A stretch of DNA of 11,171 bases from Chitinivibrionales bacterium (lineage in GTDB: Bacteria > Fibrobacterota > Chitinivibrionia > Chitinivibrionales > WJKA01): contig JBBRUX010000073.1 of the NCBI GenBank assembly GCA_038247415.1, positions 1 to 11,171 of the forward strand, given 5' to 3'. The notes below the pieces were generated by a model, which was not told where the DNA came from, ran no database searches, and was given only the letters and a program-made list of their open reading frames with translations. Positions 1-7,206 of this stretch are shown one piece after another. The position numbers were made by a program, and so were the translations under genes. Position 1 is the stretch's first letter. The number at the start of each line of letters is the position of its first letter.

Positions 1-55
1 CAACGGGCGAAAGATGAAACTTATATCCGGAATCAGTAAAAATCCCTGAAAATTG

Positions 56-85
56 TTGCTTTGGCAAAGACAAGGCATGTATCTT
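56..85 (+). promoter_or_regulatory. Possible sigma70-type promoter for the 160 ORF, overlapping a short palindrome
   Basis: TTGCTT (56-61), an 18-nt spacer, then TATCTT (80-85). The palindrome CTTTG-G-CAAAG (59-69) overlaps the -35 box. SD GGAG at 147-150 precedes ATG 160. Confidence 0.3.
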
Positions 86-159
86 AATACAGCAAGTCAA
101 TTAAATCAAAATGTCTATCAGTTGCCTCTTGTTCTTAAAAATTTCTGGAGAAACCCACA

Positions 160-2700
160 ATGACCATCCGGCGTGTTCATCTCATTTTCAAAACCCATGA
201 GGTTATGAGAAACCCAGAAATTCCTGCCATGTCGCTGAATGGCGATTGGAGACTCACAGGAACCGCGCCCGATGGCAATCAGACGATTTCATTGACAGGA
301 CGGGTTCCCGGCAACGTACACCCGGACCTTCTTCGCGAGGGTCATATCCCCGATCCGTTCTGGCGTGACCAGGCTGAGGAGTGTCAATGGGTTGAGCAGT
401 GGTCATGGGTCTACGAACGCGAATTCTCCCTGCCCGCGGACTTCCGGCGGGAATGGGCAGTTTTGAGATTTGAGGGGCTCGACACATTCGCCGAGATAGC
501 GCTCAACGGAACGAAGATCGCAACGACGGACAATATGTTCGTTCCCCACGAGTTCGAGGTCGGAGCATTCCTCACAGCGGGCGTTAACAGCCTGCGAGTG
601 AAGTTTGCCACGGTGCACGAAGGCGTGAAAGGAAAACCGCACAAAGATTTCTTCGCATGCTTCTGCCCGGAAGGTGAGCGGGTGTATGTCAGGAAGATGC
701 AATGCGCGTTCGGGTGGGACTGGGTGCACCGGTTTGTGACGGCGGGGATCTGGCGGCCGGTGACGCTTTCATTCTTCCGGGAAGCCCGCATCACCGATCT
801 GTTTGTGTACACAAAGGAAATCATCGGAAATCAGGCGCAGCTCTCGTATGAGGTGTTGACGGAGCTGCGCGGCGCCCGCGTTACCGCGCATATTGAATTG
901 CTTGATGCGTCGGGAACGATTGTCTGGAGCGTTGACCGGCACGTCGATGGGGCTCTGCTCGGGGGAGAAATCCTCATTTCCGACCCGGCGCTCTGGTGGC
1001 CGGCGGGACATGGCGATCAATCCCTGTATACCGCACGAGTCCGGCTCATTGACAACGAAGGAGCCGTCGTTGACGGCAAGGAGCATCTGATCGGCATCCG
1101 TACTTTCTCGATCGAGGAAACTGCCGATGCCGACGGATCGAGCTTCATCATGGTAGTCAATGGACGGCGTATCTTTGCAAAAGGCGGTAACTGGGTTCCG
1201 GCCGACCCGTTTCCCTCACAGGTAACGCAGGAGCGATACGACCGTCTCTTCGAGCTTGCGCGTGATGCCGGAATCAACATGCTCCGCGCATGGGGTGGAG
1301 GAATCTATGAGCCGCAGCCATTCTGGGATGCCTGCAGCAGAGCGGGCATTATGGTATCGCAGGATTTTCTCCTGGCATGCGCGCACTATCCTGAGGATGA
1401 CCCGGAGTTCCAGTCCCAGTTGCGCGACGAATTCGAAAAAGCAATCCGCATGCTGCGCAATAACCCCTGCCTCATTTTCTGGTGCGGTGACAATGAGCTT
1501 GGCCTATTCAACAAGTCAGACGACCGGTGGAACGGCCGCAAGATCGCCGAAGAGATCACCGGCCCCCTCTGCGCGAAACTCGATCCCTTGCGGCCGTTCC
1601 GGTTGACCAGTCCTCATGGCGGAGATCTGAACAATTCCCCCGATTCGGGCGATTGCCACTCTTCGCCGCTCTGGGATTTTCTGTGGCATGGGATACAGGG
1701 CTATCGACCCCATTTTGATGAGCATGTAAAGGGACGTTTTCTGAGTGAAAGCGCAACGCTGGGTGCGGCGCCGCGTCTGAGTCTCCTGAAGTTCATGGAC
1801 GAAGGCGACTTAGCCGGCGGCGAGATGTGGGAGTACCATACCAAAGACAACCCCTACGGGAAGCTCCCTCTTACGATGTACCAGAATCTCGAGAAGATGG
1901 CGAGTGTTCTCTATGGCGAAACCACCGATGTGGATCTGTGCATCAGTCACAAAGAATACATTCAGTATGATTTCATTCGACTGATCTGTGAATCGCTTCG
2001 ACGCCGGAAATTTTACTGCAGCGGAGTGCAGTTCTGGATGTTTAACGATTGCTGGCCGGCATGCGGCTGGAGCGTGGTGGATTACTATGGCTTTGCCAAG
2101 GCCGGCTTCTATGCCATGAAAGCGGGATTCCGTCCGGTCATTGCGGCCATTTCAAAAGCCCCCGGCGCCTACCAGATCTGGGTAAGCAGCGATGCCTGTT
2201 CTTGCGTAAAGGGCGAGATGACGCTTCGTGTACAACCGTGGGCAGGTCCCGCGCGCTGGCAGCAGCGCGTTTCGTTTGAAGTGAATGCCAATGAAGCTGT
2301 GCTGGCGGCTGATTTTCCCGTTGAAACCATCGATGCGTATCTTGATAGTCAATCGATATTCGTGTGCGACCTGGTATGTGAAACGGGCGAAGACCGCGCC
2401 TATTACTATCGCGGAATGCCCGCGGAGATGCGATTGTCGCCGGCTTTGGTGCGCTCAACGGTCGACGCCACAGGATCGTGCGGCACCATCCTGCTCGAGA
2501 CCGACACCTATGCGCGGGTGGTGCAATTGGAGGCGGAGCTTGATTTCAGCGACAACTATTTCGACTTGCTCCCAGGAGAGAAGAAAACGATCAGCTACCG
2601 CTCCCCGAAGGGAAATCATGCCGGAAATATCAGCGTGCGGTGGTGGAATGAAGAGCGCCGGCTATCGAGTAATGTAATGGTCGACCGTGACAACGCGTAG
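160..2700 (+). CDS. Glycoside hydrolase family 2, beta-mannosidase-like, no signal peptide
   Basis: 846-aa ORF with GH2 beta-mannosidase motifs: SLNGDW, VPGNVH, FEGLDT, DNMF, RKMQCAFGWDW, GIWRPV, GGNWVPAD, NMLRAWGGG, WCGDNE (putative acid/base E446), RFLSE (putative nucleophile E530), WMFNDCWP and FSDNYFDLLPGE. Alternative starts are ATG 205 and ATG 229. Confidence 0.92.
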   Translation: MTIRRVHLIFKTHEVMRNPEIPAMSLNGDWRLTGTAPDGNQTISLTGRVPGNVHPDLLREGHIPDPFWRDQAEECQWVEQWSWVYEREFSLPADFRREWAVLRFEGLDTFAEIALNGTKIATTDNMFVPHEFEVGAFLTAGVNSLRVKFATVHEGVKGKPHKDFFACFCPEGERVYVRKMQCAFGWDWVHRFVTAGIWRPVTLSFFREARITDLFVYTKEIIGNQAQLSYEVLTELRGARVTAHIELLDASGTIVWSVDRHVDGALLGGEILISDPALWWPAGHGDQSLYTARVRLIDNEGAVVDGKEHLIGIRTFSIEETADADGSSFIMVVNGRRIFAKGGNWVPADPFPSQVTQERYDRLFELARDAGINMLRAWGGGIYEPQPFWDACSRAGIMVSQDFLLACAHYPEDDPEFQSQLRDEFEKAIRMLRNNPCLIFWCGDNELGLFNKSDDRWNGRKIAEEITGPLCAKLDPLRPFRLTSPHGGDLNNSPDSGDCHSSPLWDFLWHGIQGYRPHFDEHVKGRFLSESATLGAAPRLSLLKFMDEGDLAGGEMWEYHTKDNPYGKLPLTMYQNLEKMASVLYGETTDVDLCISHKEYIQYDFIRLICESLRRRKFYCSGVQFWMFNDCWPACGWSVVDYYGFAKAGFYAMKAGFRPVIAAISKAPGAYQIWVSSDACSCVKGEMTLRVQPWAGPARWQQRVSFEVNANEAVLAADFPVETIDAYLDSQSIFVCDLVCETGEDRAYYYRGMPAEMRLSPALVRSTVDATGSCGTILLETDTYARVVQLEAELDFSDNYFDLLPGEKKTISYRSPKGNHAGNISVRWWNEERRLSSNVMVDRDNA

Positions 2701-2725
2701 GTTTCAGCGGCCAACGAATAACTTG

Positions 2726-2756
2726 GCAGGCGTGCTCTTGTGCACGCCTGCGTGCA
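2726..2756 (+). terminator. GC-rich hairpin(s) just downstream of the GH2 stop codon
   Basis: Perfect 10-bp inverted repeat GCAGGCGTGC (2726-2735) / GCACGCCTGC (2742-2751). An overlapping alternative stem is TGCACG (2741-2746) / CGTGCA (2751-2756). There is no U-tract, so terminator function is uncertain. Confidence 0.3.
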
Positions 2757-2937
2757 AGGGGATCGCTGAAGATTCTGTCGAGTTCGTTCACTGCATTGGC
2801 CATGTATGGGATCTTCCTTTGCCCGTGTATCAAATTCTTGGTCGGAGGCTGCGCTAAGAAATCTGGCCCATAAGGGGGTGGGCAGCATCGTTACGGTCGA
2901 CCAAACGATCGAGATGGTTGGCCTGAGCAGTGAATAA

Positions 2938-3771
2938 GGTCGCCCTCCTGTTTCTAAGCTTAAAGGGCATCAAGCCGCAAGTATAGTAAGGATTATTACT
3001 GATAGTTGTCCTGAACAAGTGAAGCTGCCGTTCGTTCTTTGGACCAGAGAAGCGGTTCAGATGTTGATAGCTCGTCGATGTGGTTTGCACCTTTCGATCT
3101 GGACCATTGGAAGATACTTGACTCGATGGGGTTTTACACCGCAAAAACCGGTACGAAAAGCGTATGAGCAAAACAGCAAGGATGTCAAGTATTGGCTTGA
3201 GAAAGAATATCCTGCGATTAAGAGACGCGCATCTCAATTGAAGGCGGAAATCCATTGGGAAGACGAAACGGGAATGAGATCCGACCACCAAGCAGGAACA
3301 AGTTGGGCGCCGAAAGGTCAAACACCCGAAATTCCATGCACGGGTAAGCGATTTAGGACAAACATGATTTCCAGCATTACCAATCGTGGGAATCTTTCTT
3401 TTAGAATTTATCGCTGCAAATTTACAGCTGAATTGTTCATTGATTTTCTTGGAAGATTGATAAAACATAAACGAAACAAAATATTTGTGATAACTGACAG
3501 CCATCCTGTTCATAAATCCGGAGCAGTTCGAGAATGGGTAAAAGCGAATCAAAGCAGAATAGAAATGTTTTTCATGCCGGGGTATAGCCCCGAACTTAAT
3601 CCTGATGAATTGCTGAATCAAGACGTAAAGACGAACGCAGTCGGACGGCAACGTGCGAAAACGCTTCAAGAGCTGGAAGGCAATGTTGAGCAATATCTTA
3701 TCCAACGTCAGGTTTTCCCAGAGATCGTTCAAAAATATTTTCAAAAGTCATCTGTCGTTTACGCAGCATAA
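2938..3771 (+). pseudogene. IS630 transposase, 5'-truncated (ORF track 3019-3771)
   Basis: Reads GRPPVSKLKGHQAA...CPEQVKLPFVLWTREAV...WGFTPQKP, with the DDE motifs WEDETG, ITDSHPVH and YSPELNPDE. The frame opens directly after TAA 2935-2937, with no start codon and no N-terminal HTH segment. Confidence 0.88.
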
Positions 3772-3801
3772 TTTGTCAACTTATTTATGACCGGATTAAT
3801 A
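2938..3801 (+). mobile_element. IS630-family insertion sequence remnant (left end missing, right end present)
   Basis: IS630 transposase frame, followed within 30 nt of its stop by TTTGTCAACTTATTTATGACCGGATTAA and then TA (3800-3801). This matches the TA target of IS630 and lies exactly where ISL3 homology begins. Confidence 0.9.
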
Positions 3802-4091
3802 ACTCTCGGCAGTCGTATATGAACAAACGTTCTCATCTGGCATGTGCTCAAATGCTCGAAAATCCTTTCCGGTGCATGGTCGTACATGCCAAAAAATTCA
3901 TTGCAAACCGGGCATGCAACTCGGATTGGATTGTGGTGCTTAACATAAACATCAACTTTATTATCATGGTCATCAACCTCAACCGATTCAACGTACCAGG
4001 GATCTTTAAGACGGAGCAATTGCTCATAAAATTTTGTTAGTTCCATTTATCATATATAGATCTTGGCATCCACTATATATTGGGGATACCC
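3800..4091 (-). mobile_element. ISL3-family insertion sequence remnant (left end plus 5' part of the transposase)
   Basis: On the minus strand it begins GGGTATCCCCAATATATAGTGGATG at 4091, an ISL3-like GG- terminus, flanked by AT-rich ATTAGAAA (4092-4099). The transposase ATG is at 4046. Confidence 0.8.
3801..4046 (-). pseudogene. ISL3 transposase N-terminal fragment (zinc-finger region), interrupted by IS630
   Basis: MELTKFYEQLLRLKDPWYVESVEV...CPVC...YDHAPERIFEHLSTCQMRTFVHIRLPRV is a typical ISL3 N-terminus. After LPRV the frame runs into the IS630 end and stops at 3759. Confidence 0.88.
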
Positions 4092-4682
4092 ATTAGAAAG
4101 CCTGAAGAGCCTGAATTTCTTCTATCTGACGACCACGAGGAGGTATCTGCATCTGTGGTCTTGCCAGCAATTCTTCCCGCTAGTCTCGCACACATTAAAA
4201 TTGCGGAGGTGATTGAGTTCAGAAAACGACATGCTGAATCGCGTGCAGAATTCAGAAGTCTGGTGGAGGATTTCATACAACACCTTAGCGCCGTTGCCGA
4301 CCGAAACTACGCAAAAGAATTGGCCGCAGATTTCTCTAATTCTCTCACAGCTAATGCAGAAACCTTGGCATCGACCTTAGGAAAGGCCATACCGGAGCTT
4401 GGTACAGCTATGATTTCGGTAGGTGTACCTACCACACTAACAGCATTAGGTGCATTGGGGCTCGCATCCGCAAATCCGTTTGGTCTGGTGAATATTGGGG
4501 CTGGCTGTCTGATTGGGGTTGTTGCGGCAGTTGCAGATGTGGCTAGGAGCATACGAAACAAATGGCGGAGCACTTCGGCACAATACTGCTTGGACCTTCA
4601 AAGGGCTTTTTTCTCAGATGGGGCTTTGCGCATGAAAATTCCTCGCTACGACAGGATTATGGAAGAATTCATCAATGACTAA
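4092..4682 (+). pseudogene. C-terminal part of a hypothetical protein, DUF6236-like, 5' end cut off by ISL3
   Basis: Open frame from the ISL3 boundary to TAA 4680-4682. LPASLAHIKIAEVIEFRKRHAESRAEFR resembles the DUF6236 C-terminal motif (recalled, not searched) and is followed by a hydrophobic Gly/Ala-rich segment. The listed TTG start at 4080 lies inside the IS end. Confidence 0.6.
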
Positions 4683-4691
4683 AGCCGATAA

Positions 4692-4716
4692 CTCTTTCGT
4701 AGCACACACGATAGAG
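4692..4716 (+). terminator. Stem-loop after the DUF6236-like gene
   Basis: CTCTTTCGT (4692-4700) / ACGATAGAG (4708-4716) pair at 8 of 9 positions around a 7-nt loop, followed by CTTTC. Confidence 0.3.
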
Positions 4717-4857
4717 CTTTCATAGCCTCCACACGTCATGTATTGCGGCGGTGAAGCGGGCACAAAAAGGAACGGAAGAAGAAATCAGAGGCGGCGGCGG
4801 AAGAGAAGCTGGAATGTAGTCCTGTTCTTGTATGCATTAAGGAAGGAGCGGAACGGT

Positions 4858-5199
4858 ATGTCTTGGCACAATCTGGATTCAATCTGTGAAGAAATCAAGT
4901 CAGCAAGTCAACAAGTTCGTGAAATTCTTGGGTCTGTTGGTTCTCATGCTCATTATCTTTGGCCGGAGAAAGCTGGGCAAAGCATCTGCAAGGGGTATTC
5001 ATACGACATTCCCAAAGAAGAGCAAATACGGTCAGCGTACTGGCTTGCATTTCACGGTACAAATCGCGTCATCTGCGAATTAGAATGGAATGTCTATGAA
5101 TCCAGAGGGAAAGTTCCTCGTGTAAAAGGAGAGATCGATATTGTTGGCTACTTGATAAAGTCCGGGGACTCTCGGTCGTGCAAAGCGGCGTGTTCGTGA
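4858..5199 (+). CDS. Hypothetical protein, probably 3'-truncated, possible PD-(D/E)XK nuclease-like N-terminal half
   Basis: Strong SD AGGAAGGAG (4840-4848) before ATG 4858. The pattern EEQIRSAY...ELEWNVY...GEIDIVGY resembles nuclease motifs I-II. The last residues overlap the next fragment in another frame. Confidence 0.5.
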   Translation: MSWHNLDSICEEIKSASQQVREILGSVGSHAHYLWPEKAGQSICKGYSYDIPKEEQIRSAYWLAFHGTNRVICELEWNVYESRGKVPRVKGEIDIVGYLIKSGDSRSCKAACS

Positions 5200-5381
5200 A
5201 CATTGAATCGAATGGTAAAGCAACGGTCTGTATCACCGATGCTCGGGGAAAGCTGGTGCGTCAGGTGACCGGCAGTGGATCGATTACCGTCGATACCCGC
5301 GATCTGGCTATCGGCGCCTATATCGTCTCTGCACATCAGCAAGGCAAGAGGTTGACAAGGCAAGTGATGATTGCCCGGTAG
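5160..5381 (+). pseudogene. Orphan T9SS type-A-like C-terminal sorting domain (3' end of a lost secreted-protein gene)
   Basis: VNIESNGKATVCITDARGKLVRQV...TRDLAIGAYIVSAHQQGKRLTRQVMIAR* fits the CTD pattern (D..GKLV ... L..G.Y.V). It has no SD or signal peptide, and there is an in-frame stop upstream at 5097. The left boundary is approximate. Confidence 0.65.
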
Positions 5382-5404
5382 TTTGCGAATGGGTGTGGGC
5401 TCCG

Positions 5405-5650
5405 ACCAATTTTACCTGTATGTTATATATAAAAAGCTTTAATATATAAATTTAATAAATTTAATTACTCTATTTGGCATGTATTGAAACTATTAAATGT
5501 TTATTATATAAGCTATAAATGCAATAAATAGAATTACCAACATTTTTCAAGGAGTTACAATGCGCTACATGGAATGCAGATAACTGAAAGATTTCTATCG
5601 CCTAATTAATAAATCATGCAGCCCAATGTCAGATATCGGAGAAATTATAT
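5405..5650 (+). promoter_or_regulatory. Very AT-rich intergenic promoter region
   Basis: Contains TTGAAA (5484-5489)-17 nt-TATAAG (5507-5512), the inverted repeat TTATATAT-N11-ATATATAA (5423-5449) and tandem TAAATTTAA x2 (5447-5464). SD GGAG at 5638-5641 precedes ATG 5651. Confidence 0.5.
5560..5583 (+). other. 7-codon mini-ORF MRYMECR with strong SD
   Basis: AAGGAG (5549-5554), 5 nt, then ATG CGC TAC ATG GAA TGC AGA TAA. Confidence 0.3.
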
Positions 5651-7192
5651 ATGAGAAATCGTCTGATATTTATCCTGATAGTGTCCGCAGTGACCCACCT
5701 GTACGCTGTGAGCGGAATCGGGGTATCCTTAGTCAATGCTAATGGCTCCAGCAGCATGAAGCTTTATCAAGTAACTGACAATCATGTCGACACAAGCTAC
5801 AATGTTTTCGACTATTGGCCGACATTTGGCAATAACGGATTCCCGGTTGCCATAAACACTCACGGCACGCACCTCGCTGTTGTTCGCTGGTCAGGCAACA
5901 TGACCAACAATGAATGCTGGATTTCAGTGTTGCGTCTTTCCGATCCCTCAACATATGTCGATATTGCATATTATGGTAATGACAATGGAAATGAATGGGG
6001 CTCCAAGCAGATTTGCTGGCCTCAGGGCGACTGGATTTACTTCACAACCGCAAGCAAGAGCAAATATGTTTACCGGGTGAATGTGCAAACGCGCAAAATC
6101 GAATTCATTGCATATATCAATCTTGATCAGAACAGTGGGTTCGGCGCGGAATTCAAGATGAGCGCGATCAATAACAGAATCCAATTAACCGGCGGTCTTT
6201 ATTTCACGCTGCAAGAACTCCAAAGTGCGCCCAATGGAGTATTAAACACAAATCAATGGCCGGATGGCGCGTTTACGATACAGGGATGCGGCCACACGAT
6301 TTCACCTTCGGGCAATGTGATGGGAAATCAGGTCGACCCGGGACACTGCCTGCGTTTCATTTCGCAGCTGGACTGGAATACGCGCCAGATAACCGGCAAC
6401 GCTGTCTATTCAGCCAGAGATCGCAACCTGATGTCGGTTGACAGAGATGATCCATTCCTGGCATGCAGCCTGTTGACGGATCCCTGTACCGGATCCGATA
6501 GCGGATTTATCGAAACTATAGGCGTGGGGCAGACCACCACAGGTAACTCCTTCGCGGTCAACTCGGATAAATGGGAGTGCCTTGTTTCGGGTTGGTTCCC
6601 TGACGGGCGCGAGTTGGGCTACGGTGGCAATTTCATTCTTTTTAATCCTTTTGACAGCATATCACTTAATGTGACTCGTATACCGCGCAAGCGGGCAGAC
6701 GGGATAGTCGGAGCGTGTCAGGTGGATGCAGGCAGTTCGGGCTTTGCAGCTAATCCCTCATTCTTTGTTTCTGCACCGATCGACGATATACTTCCTGAAC
6801 TTCGCGCAGATGCAGCTTCAGACTACACTGTTCCCGGCCTTGACGACAATACGCAATTCCCATCCCTCACCATAATGCCTGCAACCCCATATAGCGGCTG
6901 GCCGATTGATCTGGTAAAAGCCGTCAGGCAACCAGCACGTATAACCAATAAGACTCCAGCGATACGCTTTTCAGGAAGCGGGGAAGCATTATCCCTTCGC
7001 TTAGACTTCGGCAGACTGAAAGGCCGGCACGCTGTAAAGGTCTTTAATTCACTGGGAAAACTGGTAACAGAGAGATTCGGCGATCGCCAGACCGAGACTT
7101 TCACCCGCCGCGATGGCTTGCGGCCGGGATTATATATTTTCAATATACGCTCAAAAGGGCGCACCACAATGAGATCGTTCTTGATCCCGTAA
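5651..7192 (+). CDS. Secreted hypothetical protein (beta-rich, 8 Cys) with a basic T9SS type-A-like C-terminal domain
   Basis: 513 aa with an SD. Signal peptide MRNRLIFILIVSAVTHLYA. Arg/Lys-rich tail with VKVFNSLGKLV...LRPGLYIFNIRS. Confidence 0.85.
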   Translation: MRNRLIFILIVSAVTHLYAVSGIGVSLVNANGSSSMKLYQVTDNHVDTSYNVFDYWPTFGNNGFPVAINTHGTHLAVVRWSGNMTNNECWISVLRLSDPSTYVDIAYYGNDNGNEWGSKQICWPQGDWIYFTTASKSKYVYRVNVQTRKIEFIAYINLDQNSGFGAEFKMSAINNRIQLTGGLYFTLQELQSAPNGVLNTNQWPDGAFTIQGCGHTISPSGNVMGNQVDPGHCLRFISQLDWNTRQITGNAVYSARDRNLMSVDRDDPFLACSLLTDPCTGSDSGFIETIGVGQTTTGNSFAVNSDKWECLVSGWFPDGRELGYGGNFILFNPFDSISLNVTRIPRKRADGIVGACQVDAGSSGFAANPSFFVSAPIDDILPELRADAASDYTVPGLDDNTQFPSLTIMPATPYSGWPIDLVKAVRQPARITNKTPAIRFSGSGEALSLRLDFGRLKGRHAVKVFNSLGKLVTERFGDRQTETFTRRDGLRPGLYIFNIRSKGRTTMRSFLIP

Positions 7193-7206
7193 TTTAAGGA
7201 ACTGCA

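Noticed and set aside
254..2677. Many short ORFs overlapping the GH2 gene
   Set aside because: Alternative-frame or antisense ORFs expected in GC-rich coding DNA.
2854..3744. 296-aa minus-strand ORF
   Set aside because: Antisense shadow of the IS630 transposase, with no recognisable motifs.
4080..4091. TTG 4080 as the native start of the 200-aa ORF
   Set aside because: It lies within the ISL3 terminal sequence and has no SD.
4738..4857. Longer start (ATG 4738) for the 4858-5199 ORF
   Set aside because: The extension is Arg-rich and low-complexity. The strong SD sits before ATG 4858.
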